The notes: generated by a model not told the origin, from the sequence alone. A DNA stretch of 64,000 nt from Candidatus Latescibacterota bacterium (GCA_965198115.1 OZ240241.1:672001-736000), one strand, 5' to 3'; shown: positions 42,587-53,745, numbered from the stretch's first letter. Numbers and translations are program-made.

Positions 42587-43309
42587 TCAGCAGTCGATTC
42601 GCTCGATCAGGATGGTCGCGCCCAACTCTCTCGCTTGATCTCTTTCTTCTGGGTTTTCCGCACGTACGCCGACACCAACGGGTAGATCGGACACCTGGTC
42701 GATTACGTGGCGCACGCACTCGTCGACCGTCTTGAACGGGAAGCCGCGACTGGCTTCGATGCTGAACATCAGGTCGTTGGCGCCGAACGACAGCATATCG
42801 ACACCGGATTTCGCAAGCTTTCTGCAGTCGAGTGTGGCTTTGACGGACTCGACTTGGAGCGTCAACGTGCCGTGGTTGTTCCACCAGTCCGCGTAGCCCA
42901 GCCGGTCGAGGGGTTGGTCGATGCCGGCTCGAGTAAGGCCGCCCCAGCTTCGCTTGCCCTGCTGCGGGTAGTAGAAAGCCGCGAGCGCTTCGTCGACCGT
43001 TTCCTCTTCCTCCACTTCTGGAATCATCACGCCGTCCGGGCCGAGATCCAAGTAGGTTCCGACGAGATAGGCGTGCCGCGTGTGCTTGATGCGGATACGC
43101 GTCGGTTTGTCATACTCTCGGGCGAGTTCACAGAATGAGATGATGCGCTCTTCGTTGTGTGCCAAATGCTGACTGTCGATCGAGATGAGGTCGAATTCTC
43201 GGATGGCGAGAATCTCTTCGAGCCAGCCACGCTCGATATCGGTGGGGAGGCCGACGCATTCGATGATCTCGCCGTCGTGGATTCGTTGTTTGAGGGTTTT
43301 CTCTGGCAC
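42587..43309 (-). CDS. HpcH/HpaI-family aldolase
   Basis: 'IDSQH', 'LDLGPDGVMIP', 'YYPQQGKRSWGG', 'QVES', 'FGANDL'; GTG start after GGAGAG. Confidence 0.85.
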   Translation of the reverse strand: MPEKTLKQRIHDGEIIECVGLPTDIERGWLEEILAIREFDLISIDSQHLAHNEERIISFCELAREYDKPTRIRIKHTRHAYLVGTYLDLGPDGVMIPEVEEEETVDEALAAFYYPQQGKRSWGGLTRAGIDQPLDRLGYADWWNNHGTLTLQVESVKATLDCRKLAKSGVDMLSFGANDLMFSIEASRGFPFKTVDECVRHVIDQVSDLPVGVGVRAENPEERDQARELGATILIERIDC

Positions 43310-43540
43310 GCCTTCTCTCCTTTTGAAAGGCAGGTGAACCACCCACCTTCGCCCTCTAGCTACGGCGGGCAGGCAGATGGACGCAGATGCACACAGATTG
43401 CACAGGTCGGTGGTCGAGGCCCTATTCGGGGACAGGATCTCAATAGTGTATGGAAGGATCGCAATGGAGTTCACACCAGAGCGGTGGGAGCAGTCTCCCG
43501 ACTGCGAACTGTCATCGCTCAGCTCAAGAAGGACACGAAT

Positions 43541-44533
43541 GTGGCTGATTTCAAGGTGGTTGTGACGGACTCGTTCATTCGGTCGAGCGGGTTGGATCTG
43601 TTGCGCAAGCAGGGAGGCGAGGTCGTCGTGTTGCAGCCGTACTCATCGCCGGCCGATCTGGTAGAGGCGGTGCGTGACGCGGATGCGATGATGGCACGAT
43701 CGGTGAACGTGACGCGCGAGGTTGTCGAGAGTGCGCCGAAGCTGAAAGTCGTATCCCGCCACGGTGTGGGATTCGAGAACGTGGACCTGGAGACGTGTAC
43801 GCGCTTGGGGATCGCGGTGTCGATCTCGAGCGATGCGAATTCGCAGTCGGTAGCCGAGTTCGCCTTCACATTGATGATGGCGTCGGCGAAGAATGTGGCA
43901 CTTATCGGTCGAGCCGTCCGGTCGAACGTCTGGGCGCGGGACAACAGCAGTGCGGTCGAGTTTCACGGAAAGACGCTGGGCATTGTCGGTCTGGGTCGCA
44001 TCGGATCGCGTCTTGCCAGGCTAACGAGTGGGTTTACGATGGAGGTTTTGGTTTACGACCCCTACGCGGCCTCGGATGCGGTCGAAGCGGCCGGGGCGAA
44101 GCAAGTTGATCTGAATCGGCTGCTGGCCCAAGCCGATTTCGTGTCGCTTCACGTGCCGCTTACAGACGAGACACACCACATCATCGGGCGGGATGAGCTC
44201 GAGCAGATGAAGACGTCGACAATTCTAGTCAACACGGCACGTGGCGGTCTGATCGATGAAGGTGCTCTGCTCGATGCGCTGACGAATGGGTGGATTGCCG
44301 GGGCGGCCCTCGACGTGTTCGAGTCCGAGCCTCTACCCGATGATTACCCGCTGACGAAACTGGATACGATGATCTGCACGGCGCACGTCGCCGGGCAGAC
44401 ACAGGAATCGCTGATCCGGACGTCGACCGTCGCGGCGGAGAACATCCTCGCAGTTCTGCGTGGTGAAGCGCCAGAGATACTCGTCAATCCAGATGTTCTG
44501 AAGAATCGAACGCGCGTGGCGTGGAAGCAGTAG
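43541..44533 (+). CDS. D-2-hydroxyacid (phosphoglycerate dehydrogenase-like) dehydrogenase
   Basis: 'RHGVG', 'GLGRIG', 'VNTARG', 'LDVFESEP', 'AHVAG'. Confidence 0.93.
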   Translation: MADFKVVVTDSFIRSSGLDLLRKQGGEVVVLQPYSSPADLVEAVRDADAMMARSVNVTREVVESAPKLKVVSRHGVGFENVDLETCTRLGIAVSISSDANSQSVAEFAFTLMMASAKNVALIGRAVRSNVWARDNSSAVEFHGKTLGIVGLGRIGSRLARLTSGFTMEVLVYDPYAASDAVEAAGAKQVDLNRLLAQADFVSLHVPLTDETHHIIGRDELEQMKTSTILVNTARGGLIDEGALLDALTNGWIAGAALDVFESEPLPDDYPLTKLDTMICTAHVAGQTQESLIRTSTVAAENILAVLRGEAPEILVNPDVLKNRTRVAWKQ

Positions 44534-44580
44534 AAGAAGTGTTCAGTGTTCAGGAAGACACTATTGACGACGCCCCAGGC

Positions 44581-44970
44581 TCAGCTGACCGTCGCCACGT
44601 TTGGATATTCCATCAGCTTGGTGTCGGAGGTAACGAGAGGGCAGTTGTGCGTCGTTGCAGTCGCCAGGATAATTTGGTCGGCGGGATCCCGGTGTGCTCC
44701 CTCGAGTCGCGTCGATGCGATCGCAATCGCCGGGCTCAATTCCAGAAGGTTGACTCCCGGGTATCCGAGCGCCGCCGTGAACCACGGCTCGATCGGTACA
44801 GACAGCTCGAGTCGTGCAAGCTCTACAAGCTTGGCGATTTCCCAACACGAGATGGCGCTCACGCCAATCGTGCCGGATTCGTTCGCGGTTATCGCTTCCG
44901 ACTGAGTCTCGGTCAGCCGTTGGTCACCACCCACCCACCAGATCCAGACGTGGGTATCAAGCACGATCAT
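44581..44970 (-). CDS. vapC: PIN-domain toxin
   Basis: 'LDTHVWIW', 'SAISCWEI', 'HRDPADQII'. Confidence 0.93.
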   Translation of the reverse strand: MIVLDTHVWIWWVGGDQRLTETQSEAITANESGTIGVSAISCWEIAKLVELARLELSVPIEPWFTAALGYPGVNLLELSPAIAIASTRLEGAHRDPADQIILATATTHNCPLVTSDTKLMEYPNVATVS

Positions 44971-45239
44971 CGGGATGATTCCCAGTCATCTTCCACGACA
45001 CCCCGGAACGGCTCCTCGTAACGAACTACGGATCCACGCAGCGGATAACGTGGGTCGTCGGCGTCGGTCACAACCCCACCCTTTAACTGACGCCACGCTT
45101 CGAAATCCTCGACGGGTATCACTGCAACTACTGGCTTGCCAGCCCGCTCGATGATGTAGTGGTCGCCCCTCAACTGGACTTCGCTCATCAGTTGGCCCAG
45201 CCTGTGTCGAGCGTCGACGGCGGATATCGTTTTGGTCAT
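44967..45239 (-). CDS. Phd/YefM-family antitoxin
   Basis: 'KTISAVDARHRLGQLMSEV...IIERAGKPVVAVIP'; ATGA overlap with the toxin. Confidence 0.9.
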   Translation of the reverse strand: MTKTISAVDARHRLGQLMSEVQLRGDHYIIERAGKPVVAVIPVEDFEAWRQLKGGVVTDADDPRYPLRGSVVRYEEPFRGVVEDDWESSR

Positions 45240-45255
45240 CGCCAGCCCCACAATA

Positions 45256-45295
45256 CTATGATCGTATGGATTAGTATAATCAATATAATCATAGT
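45256..45295. promoter_or_regulatory. AT-rich TA promoter/operator with inverted repeat
   Basis: ACTATGAT...ATCATAGT with repeated TATAATCA just upstream of the antitoxin. Confidence 0.5.
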
Positions 45296-45340
45296 GGTTC
45301 TTCTCCTCATTGGCAAGCCTTCACTGATGATAGAAAAGAC

Positions 45341-45371
45341 AAGGGCTATGGTGATCGCCACCATAGCCCTT
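45341..45371 (-). terminator. 13-bp perfect hairpin downstream of the LarA-family gene
   Basis: AAGGGCTATGGTG-ATCGC-CACCATAGCCCTT. Confidence 0.65.
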
Positions 45372-45398
45372 CCTCTTGACGTGGAATGAAGCGGTTTC

Positions 45399-46649
45399 TC
45401 AGGAACCGGCGCCCTCGGGCAATTGGATCGAAGCACAGGGAAAAACGCCCACACTTGCTTTGTCCGGATACTCCTCACGCACGTGTTTGAGGGCTTCGTC
45501 CCAGTTGGAGCACGCGACGACCTGTTCGGAAGGCCCGAACTTGTCGATGTCGGTGCGTGCGAGATAGGGCGAGCAGACAAACAGACGCTTGGCCTTCGGG
45601 ACCCCAGCCCGCCCCGGTCCCCACAGCTTTCCACCGTAGTCCGATCCGAACCGGCCAGTCAGGTAGTGCGATGCCTGACCCTCCGGGCTGTGCGTGATGA
45701 TGACGGCCACGCCGCCCTCGTCTTTGAGGCATAGCCTTGCAGGCCACGCACCTTTGGTGGCCTGGTTTTCGATCGGATAGGTGTTCGTGACAACGATGTC
45801 GAGGTTCCGGGGTACGGGTGTGGCGTAGACTTCGCGCGCTCTTTCAGCGCCTGCCCGATGTTGTTTGATGAAGTCTCCCCCGTAGACCCCGATGATATCC
45901 CGGCGGTTGTTGATCAGCAGGTCGATCTTGAAGTCGAGACCGACTTTGCGCGCCGCCTCTTCGATGTCAGCACGTGTTTCGTTGCCCTCTACGATGCCCA
46001 GCATTCCCGTTTCGGCGGTTGACTTCTTCCGTCGCCGTCCGTGGTTGCACGCAACCGATTCGATGCCCATCACGCCAGGGAACACGAGCTTCGCGCCCCC
46101 GCCGAATCCGGCGCCACCGTGTGGGATCAGGCCGCCGATACCGATTTTGAGGTCACATTCCATCACCTCTCGGTTGACGAGAAGGGGTGTTCCACGCGAT
46201 GTCTCGCCGATATCGACGAGGTGCTCGTAGGGATTGTGGTTGTAGACTCTAAACCGGCGGACCGCATCGGCGCCCAACTTTTTAGCAAAGTGTTCGAGGT
46301 TCATCGCGATGTGGTTGGCGAAGGCCCCGACGAGCCGAATCTGGTCATCCTGGATGCCCGCCTCTTCGAGTTCGTCGAGGACGAACGGCAGGATCCTGCC
46401 TGTGGGAGCAGGTCGAGTCAGGTCGTCGAAGAGGATGACGATCTTCTTCTTGCCCTTTGCCAGTTTATGCAGCGGCTCGGTTCCGTAGGGGTTAGCCAGC
46501 TGCTCTCTTAGCTGATCGTCACTCAGAGCCGGCGTATCGTGACCGGCCATCTTGCATTCTCTGACATCCCACTGATCTGGGAAATGCAGTGCCAGCTCTT
46601 CCTCGCCATACCATGCCTTGATCGGGATCTTGATCTTGCCAGTATCCAT
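45399..46649 (-). CDS. LarA/DUF2088-family (lactate racemase-like) protein
   Basis: 'DDLTRPAP', 'GETSRGTP', 'PHGGAGFGGGAKLVFPG', 'ACNH'. Confidence 0.85.
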   Translation of the reverse strand: MDTGKIKIPIKAWYGEEELALHFPDQWDVRECKMAGHDTPALSDDQLREQLANPYGTEPLHKLAKGKKKIVILFDDLTRPAPTGRILPFVLDELEEAGIQDDQIRLVGAFANHIAMNLEHFAKKLGADAVRRFRVYNHNPYEHLVDIGETSRGTPLLVNREVMECDLKIGIGGLIPHGGAGFGGGAKLVFPGVMGIESVACNHGRRRKKSTAETGMLGIVEGNETRADIEEAARKVGLDFKIDLLINNRRDIIGVYGGDFIKQHRAGAERAREVYATPVPRNLDIVVTNTYPIENQATKGAWPARLCLKDEGGVAVIITHSPEGQASHYLTGRFGSDYGGKLWGPGRAGVPKAKRLFVCSPYLARTDIDKFGPSEQVVACSNWDEALKHVREEYPDKASVGVFPCASIQLPEGAGS

Positions 46650-46784
46650 CGGATGCCTTCCGGATTGAAGTAGGGACCTGCACCGGGGAATTCGCTGCAG
46701 AATATGAGTATCAGAAGCGGCGGCGGCAAGTGTTCCAGCGGATTGAAGGCAGGCGGTCGACGGAGGCGTTCAGATGAAGTGGCT

Positions 46785-47195
46785 CTAGTTCGGGGGTTCC
46801 GGTTCGATTTGATCGACGAAGAACCCTTCCACCATCGCTCCCAGGGCTCTCAAGTCGATCGGTTTCTCCGCAACACCATCGACTCCATACCGCTTGACGA
46901 TCTCCAGTAGCTCCACCCCTTCACGGATATGGTAGCCTGTCATCGCGATGACTTTGGCGGTTGACGAGGTTCGCCGGATATCCTGAATGACTTCGAACCC
47001 GGATTTGACGGGCATGTAGATGTCGGTGATGAGGACATCCGCCCCGTGTTCGTTGAACAGGGCCAGGCCTTTCTCGCCGTTATCGGCGACGCGAACCTCG
47101 TGCCCACGTCGGGCGAAATACGTCTCGATGACCTCACATACGATGGGTTCATCGTCGACGATGATGATGTTGAGTTGTTGAGTCATTTGAGGCAT
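46785..47195 (-). CDS. Single-domain response regulator
   Basis: 'IVDDE', 'TDIYMP', 'MTG', 'KP'. Confidence 0.92.
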   Translation of the reverse strand: MPQMTQQLNIIIVDDEPIVCEVIETYFARRGHEVRVADNGEKGLALFNEHGADVLITDIYMPVKSGFEVIQDIRRTSSTAKVIAMTGYHIREGVELLEIVKRYGVDGVAEKPIDLRALGAMVEGFFVDQIEPEPPN

Positions 47196-47327
47196 GTTGC
47201 TGTAAGCAACGTAGCTGTGCAGGCCAGCGCCGTCAAGGATCGTCTGGAGGGTCGAAGCCGCTGTTTGTCGAATCCGCTCTGTCAGGCTACATTACCAGAG
47301 TCACCATTTTTGTTTCGGGGGACAGAC

Positions 47328-47600
47328 TTGGCCTTCTGGGTTCTCATCACGCTCGCCGCGGTCGTGGGTGTAAAATATTACACGTCGGTGGGACTACGTC
47401 AGCTGGATCGGCGCCTGGCCTCCGTCAAGCGGGACCTGGAGCGCTCCAAGGAAGGCCGGAAGGAAAAGCAGCAGGCACAGGCCGAGGTCGCCGAGGAAGA
47501 GGAGATATGCGAGACTCGGATCCGAAATATGAAAGATCTGATCTCGGATCTCGAGTATCGGTTAACAGTGGCGCCGGAGGAAGAAGAGGAGACGGTGTGA
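47328..47600 (+). CDS. Small membrane-anchored coiled-coil protein
   Basis: N-terminal hydrophobic helix then charged heptads; followed by a hairpin and T-tract near 47630-47657. Confidence 0.6.
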   Translation: MAFWVLITLAAVVGVKYYTSVGLRQLDRRLASVKRDLERSKEGRKEKQQAQAEVAEEEEICETRIRNMKDLISDLEYRLTVAPEEEEETV

Positions 47601-48154
47601 CCAGAAATCTGGCAAGAATCTCGAAGACAGCCCTGACTTGCAGCCAGGGTTTTTTTGTGCCGGTCGACAAAGTGATCGTTGGTGTTTCCTATAACGCTTT
47701 GACCGCCTCATCGACCTGACGCACTGCCTGGAGAGAGCTGTCGGCCTGGAGTTCCTCGGGTAGGGTAGGCATCCGGGACGTTTGCGGTGGCGTCGAGCCT
47801 GGATCAACGATCGTCTTTGGATGTTGAAGGAAGCTTGTTCGCGATGTTTCTGGGTGTGTAGAAGCCGCTGCTCGTCGTCGAGTCCGCACAGGTGACGATC
47901 AGCCCCGAATAATTCGCCCCTGGAAGGAGACGCGTAGGGTCTGCTCGGGGGTATACCTCGAAAAATTAATGATTTATGGCATCCTTCTGTATCGTCGGTG
48001 AAGATGGGTTCGGTCGCTCCGTTCTTTTATTGACTCTTTTTGCCTGTTTGTTTACACATTGTTCGAAAGCCACGACAGATAGCCACAAGCTCATGGATGG
48101 ATGTCCCCCGTCCGTCTCTCCCTCAGCGATCCCCCAACCCGCAAGAGGATTGTG

Positions 48155-48699
48155 ATGAGGACTGCTCTTTCCCTTTTGGCCATTGCCACTTTCGCGCTTG
48201 GGTATGGGCCTTCTTCAGGACACGCCAGCCAGTTGGTCGATGCCGTCCGTGCGGGCGACCTGGGCTCCGTTCGACGCATGTTGGATCAGGGCGATAGCCC
48301 CAATGCCGTCAATTCGCACGGCGAATCAGCGCTCGGTTGGGGCTCCTTCAATGGACAGCTGTCTATCGTCAAAGAGCTGCTGACGGCAGGCGCGGATGTG
48401 AATCGGAAGGATGCCCTGGGAAATACGCCAGTACTCTACGCGGCCGCAAAGGTCACTCCGACATTCTGAAGTTGCTGATCGACCACGGGGCGGACTGCAA
48501 CGTGCGAGGGCGAAATGATCTGACGCCGTTGATGGCGGCAGCACGAGACGGTCATCGAGATGCGGTAAAGGCCCTGCTCGAAGGCGGCAGCCAATGGAAC
48601 GCGGAACGCAAGGGACGGACCGCACTCGGGATGGCTCGCAGGAAGGGACATCGGTCGATCGTGCAGATCCTGCTTGGGATGATCAAGTCCAAATCGTAA
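48155..48699 (+). pseudogene. Secreted ankyrin-repeat protein, frameshifted near 48448
   Basis: Signal peptide; 'LLTAGADVNRKDALGNTPV', then next frame 'GHSDILKLLIDHGADCN...LTPLMAAA'. Confidence 0.85.
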
Positions 48700-49284
48700 A
48701 GACCTCCTGAATCCTGAGTTCCGGTGTCTGGAATCTGACAGGATGGCGTGAGTCGGCGGACAACCCGTCAACTCTGACGCCTAGCATGAAACAGTGCGCT
48801 GCCCAGCCTCGATCTTCAGGCTGGGCCTTCCTTTTTGGGGACTGGGACGATTTGTCCTTCTCGGAGGAACATTCCGTTCATCTGTCGGGGGCGAGCCCTA
48901 TATGTGGGGTCTAAATTATTCGAAAACAGATATATAGATGCTATCAGAGCACGGTCGTTTGGCATCGATGTTGCACTTGTCCTGACTGGGGACCACTGAA
49001 CAGTGGTTGATTTCACTGATTTGTCGGGGAGGTCATCATGCATTCGGTCGGGAGTCGGGAATTCGCAAGGAAGGCCTTTGTCATCCTTGCGGGAGCGGCG
49101 AGTGTGCTGCTTCTGTCCACCGGGGAAGTCTGGCAGGTCGTTCCGGGCGTCGTGCTCTTTTATGTCGCCGCGGCGGCCAGTTTTCTCAGACAGAACCGGT
49201 AGTTGATCAGAAGACATTTCGCCACACAGACAAAGCATTCCAGAGGTCTCCGAGAATGTCACTCTCGGGGGCCTTTCTGTTTTC

Positions 49285-51641
49285 TCACCCGGTGTCGAGC
49301 TTCAGCTGTCGGTCGAGTCGGGTCTTCAGCAGGTTGACGTTCGCGATGGCGTTGTGGACGGCGCTGATGTTGTAATGATTGTTCCACGCGATGAGCTATA
49401 ATCAAAAGGTGTGGAAAAAGAGAAAGGGCGACCCTACCCTTCCCGTGAGATAGTTGATTCACACAAAACCGGGTGAGAGGCCCGGTTGGGAAGGAGGATC
49501 GCCGTGAAGGAACATACGCATAGAGTCCCATTGAAGTCCATGCCGACGTGGGAGACGGTTGACGATTGGATCCGTGAAGAGATCCAGGGCCGGTTCCAGT
49601 CCATTCTGGAGGAGGAGGCGACCGCGTTCTTGGGCCGGTCGTGGTATGAGCGCCGAGCCGAGGTCGATAGCTCCAGGGGCTACAGGAACGGCTACGGCAA
49701 GCCCCGGCGTCTCTCGACGAGCTGCGGAACGATCAAGGTCCGGCGTCCCCGGGTTCGTGGTCTGGAAGAGCGGTTTGAAAGCCGCATCCTCCCCCTGTTC
49801 GCCCGGAGAACCAGGGCCATTGGAGATCTGCTTCCCGACCTTTATCTCCACGGTCTCTCCCAGGGCGACTTCGAGTTGTCTTTGCGTGCGCTGCTCGGTG
49901 ATGGCGCGCCGCTTTCGCCGACCTCGATCGCTCGTCTTCGAGGGAAGTGGGAGGTCGACTTCCAGGACTGGAAAGAAAGGCGTCTGGATAATCGCGAACT
50001 GGTCTACGCCTGGGCTGATGGCATCTACGTCAAAGCCGGGCTCGAGCGCGAGAAGGCGTGTCTGCTGGTCGTGATCGGCGCGATGAGCGACGGCAGCAAG
50101 GAGATCCTGCCGATAGAACCCGGTTATCGAGAGTCTACAGAATCCTGGCTCACGGTGCTCCGGGATCTCCGGGATCGCGGGCTCGAACATCCTGTCCTGA
50201 TCGCCGCGGACGGGAATATGGGCATCTGGGCGGCCGTTGATCAGGTCTGGCCAGAGAGCCGGCAACAACGGTGCTGGAACCACAAGATCCTCAACGTGCT
50301 CGACAAGGTCGCCAAGCGTGCACAGGCTGAAGCCCGCGCACTGCTCGTCCAGATCCCCTATGCCGGCACGAAAAAGGAGGCCGAGAAGCTCCGGAAACGC
50401 TTTGCCGCACGGTATCGCTCACAGTTCCCTGCCGCCGTGGAGACGCTCGAAAGAGACTGGGATCGGATGGTCACGTTCTACGACTTCCCGAAGGAACACT
50501 GGAAACACCTGAGAACCACGAACGTCGTCGAGAGCCCCTTTGCTTCCGTTCGGCTTCGCACAAACGCCGCCAGGCGATTCAAGAAAGTCAGGAATGCCAC
50601 GGCTCTCATCTGGCGTACGCTCAAGGTCGCAGAGAGCCGATTCAGGAAACTCACCGCGCCACACTTGCTACAACAAGTCTACGATCAGAAACACTCAACC
50701 GGACCGCAGGTCGAAACCGGGAAGATGGCCGCCTGATTTCTTTTACACACCTATTGACCTGAGCTCCACGCGATGGCCACGGAGCTGACCTTCAACCCGA
50801 GCTCCAGCTGTCCAGTCACCCGCTCTCCCACCTCATCCTCGGAATACAGGTAATCGTAGCGTGCGTTGCGAGCCGCGTTTCGCTCTTTTGATGTCTTCTG
50901 CTCCTTCTTTGGATACCAGTGATCCAGGTTTCGGCCGCTGTAACGAACATAGCCCTTGTCGGTCGTGGCATAAGCTTTGAGGGGAAAGGCGTGGCGGATC
51001 GGCGGGATTTCCGTGTTGCAGATGCCGACACCGGCATCTTTGAGCGCCTGGAGCGGATACACTTCGTGCCAGGAGATGTGCCGAAATTCGATGTGGATGT
51101 CGATCTTTTCGCGGACGGTGACGTCGGCCACGCGAAGCAGGTAGTCGAGACGCTTCTGGCTCCGTACGACGCGATCTTCGAGCTGGATGAGGAAGCTGAA
51201 GAAGCGACCGGTTTCGACGAGGGGACTGACCGCGGTGATGTGATCCTGCATCATCCGCTGGCCTGCTTCATCGTCCCACGTTTTGGTGTGCGAAATGTCG
51301 CGATGGACTTTGACAGTGTACTTCCCATGGACGGTTTGCTACGCCTTTCGATGTCGAGAAAATTGGCGATGAGCGGTTCGCGATAGAAGGTGTTGTTGAT
51401 TTCGACGAAAGAGAAGTATCTGGTAGAACCGCAGCCGGTCCTGGTCGTCGCGTTGTTCGGCCGTCATTTCGGACTGTTGGCGCTTCGTTGCGCGGGGTGG
51501 ATTGAACAGACCGACCCAGTCGTCGAAGTAGTAGCCCGACGTACCGACGTGATAGCCCAAACGTGAGATGTCGGGGGGCTCGGACAGGGGCGCCCAGTTG
51601 CTCGAACGGTCGGTGGGTGGGATGATGGTCAGTTGCTGCAT
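49285..51641 (-). pseudogene. DUF72-family protein, interrupted by IS256 element A and a frameshift
   Basis: 'VGTSGYYFDDWVG', 'EINNTFY', 'RYDYLYSEDE'; C-terminal 'WNNH' lies beyond the IS. Confidence 0.88.
49393..50766 (+). mobile_element. IS256-family element A, copy 3 (transposase 49486-50736)
   Basis: 1374 bp; 8-bp TSD CACGCGAT. Confidence 0.96.
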
Positions 51642-51732
51642 GGAATCATGAGCGGGTGAGCGGGTGAGCGGGGGAGGAGGGAGCGGCGGCTTTGTCTCTC
51701 CCGCTCTCCCGTTCCCTCCTCTCCCGCTCGGT

Positions 51733-53013
51733 TTATCCGCGGTATCCTTCGTCGAGCAATTCGAGATGGTCGATCAACGCTTGCTGTTCTCCCTCGCGCT
51801 GTTGCTGTTGCGCATCTGTGACCACGCCTGCTCGTCCAATCGCCTGCTCGGCTTTTCCGACGTTGGCCGCTGGCATTACCGCATCGAATCCGAGTTTCAT
51901 TCGAACATCTGTGACGGCCTTCGATACGTCGCGCTGTTTTTTCTCCCACACGGACTCGAACAGGTCGAACTGACCGGTGTCGGTGCGCGGGCGGTTGACG
52001 GCGAGGCGGATCGTTTTGATGGCGACACGCCGCTGATACAGATCCCGGAACAGACGGATGGCGCTGGTGGTGACGGTCGTGAGGTCGATCGTAGGGTGCG
52101 GCCAGCGTGCGGTTTTTTGCGTGGTGCGATTGCCCGTGTAGGTGAGGACGAACGTGAGGTGTTGCGTCTGGGCGTTTTCCATATGCAGGGCGTGACAGAC
52201 TTTGTCGGCAGCGTAACGCACGTGTTGAATGAGCTGCCGCTCGTCGTTGACGTCGCGATCGAGTGTGACTTCGACCTCGACCGTGCGTCGTTTTTCGATC
52301 CTTCGATTCCGACCGGTGTCGAGACCGATGGCCAGGCTGTAGAGTCGTTCGCCTTCGCCACCCAAACGGACGACGAGTGCGTCTTTGCCGAGACGCTGGA
52401 TCTGGCCGACGTGCTTGACGCCGTATTGGCGGATTCGATCACGAACGGCGGGGGACAGCCCCGGGAGCAGGCTGGCGTTGAGAGATGCGAGAACGTCGGT
52501 CTCTTCGCCGGGTTCGCAGATGCGGACGTTGCCGGGTCGCGCGAGTTTGGCGAGCATGTTCGCGATGGCGCGCGTTGAAGCGACGCCGACAGCGACGTCG
52601 GCCAAACCAATGGTGCGCGTGACGTTGCGACGTAGACGATCGGCGATGGTGTCGAACGATTCGCGATGGATAATCGGTGTGCCCGTGAGGTTGAGCTGAC
52701 ACCGTCCGAAGTCGTTGACGTCATATTCGGGTGTGAGCGATTCGATAATCCACGCGAGTTCCTCTTTGGCCGTTTGTTCGATGTCGTCATTGCGCGGGAC
52801 GACCTCGACGTTGCGATGACGCTTGAGGATTTGCTGAACGGGTTGGCCCCGGCGAATGCCGAGCGCTTGGGCGTGTGACGAGCACGCGAACACGGCACAC
52901 TTGTGACTGTCGACGCTCTGCTGCACGACGACGAAGGGATGGTCGCGCAGCGTCGGGTCGTAGGCGGAAAGCGCCTGAGCGGAGAAGTGGTCGTGTTCGA
53001 TTGAGAAGAACAT
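51733..53013 (-). CDS. imuB: Y-family polymerase homologue with degenerate catalytic motifs (ImuB-like)
   Basis: IMS-like fold 'DPTLRDHPFVV...ACSSHAQALGI...ANMLAKLARP'; canonical DxDxF and SIDE motifs replaced; near dnaE2. Confidence 0.7.
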   Translation of the reverse strand: MFFSIEHDHFSAQALSAYDPTLRDHPFVVVQQSVDSHKCAVFACSSHAQALGIRRGQPVQQILKRHRNVEVVPRNDDIEQTAKEELAWIIESLTPEYDVNDFGRCQLNLTGTPIIHRESFDTIADRLRRNVTRTIGLADVAVGVASTRAIANMLAKLARPGNVRICEPGEETDVLASLNASLLPGLSPAVRDRIRQYGVKHVGQIQRLGKDALVVRLGGEGERLYSLAIGLDTGRNRRIEKRRTVEVEVTLDRDVNDERQLIQHVRYAADKVCHALHMENAQTQHLTFVLTYTGNRTTQKTARWPHPTIDLTTVTTSAIRLFRDLYQRRVAIKTIRLAVNRPRTDTGQFDLFESVWEKKQRDVSKAVTDVRMKLGFDAVMPAANVGKAEQAIGRAGVVTDAQQQQREGEQQALIDHLELLDEGYRG

Positions 53014-53179
53014 GAGGCGTGAACCGTTTTCCGTGAACCGTGAGCCGGGAACCCATTGTGCCGGAACTATTTGAACACGATGAAGGTTATGGTGGATCTT
53101 GATCTACCGACCGCCTGCTGCGGAAGCGGCGCTGTCGCCCGCTTTGGTCACTGGTCATTTGTCACTTGTCAATAGTCAC

Positions 53180-53536
53180 TTATGTGACCCAGGATAGCTT
53201 TTCTTCTGCGTACGTCGCGTCCTTTGGGGGGAACTGTTCGGGATCGTCGAGGCTGCCGATCGTGAGATCGATTTCGTCCGTGCGACGGTCGTTTTCGTAG
53301 CTGAGCGTCGTGCCGCAGTTGCCGCAGAATGACCACGTCGCCCGTGTCTCCGATCGAAACTTCGATCGTTCACCCTTCGTAAACTCGACCTGGTCGGATT
53401 TGAACGTGACCCAGGCCAGAGATTGCGCGCCCGATACTCGCCGGCAGTTTCCACAGTGACACATTCCCTGGTGGTTCGGGTTTTCAGTCGCGCGGTAGCG
53501 GATCGCCCCGCAGTAACATCCTCCTGTAATTTCCAT
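53180..53536 (-). CDS. GFA-family (CENP-V-like) protein
   Basis: 'GGCYCGAIRY', 'CHCGNCRR', 'FCGNCGT'. Confidence 0.93.
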   Translation of the reverse strand: MEITGGCYCGAIRYRATENPNHQGMCHCGNCRRVSGAQSLAWVTFKSDQVEFTKGERSKFRSETRATWSFCGNCGTTLSYENDRRTDEIDLTIGSLDDPEQFPPKDATYAEEKLSWVT

Positions 53537-53610
53537 TGTGTCTCCCGCATGGCATCGTGGTCGTAGAATACTCGCGTGTGACGTCTGTGTTTTACAACCC
53601 CCGAAAGATA

Positions 53611-53642
53611 TGTCATCCCGGCAGGCTTCAGGCCGGGATCCA
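53611..53642. repeat. REP/RPE-like palindromic element
   Basis: TGTCATCCCGGC-AGGCTTCAG-GCCGGGATCCA. Confidence 0.65.
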
Positions 53643-53745
53643 TTCTGGCCTTCGTTCTGCTGAAAATGGACCCTCCCTCACGTTCGTTCGGGACAGGCTT
53701 TCAAGAAGCGTACCGGGGTGACAACGGCGTCAACCGCTCTGGCTT

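Noticed and set aside
47660-49280. Riboswitch or ncRNA in the long intergenic stretches flanking the ankyrin gene
   Set aside because: No recognisable conserved motif by eye; an Rfam covariance search would be needed.
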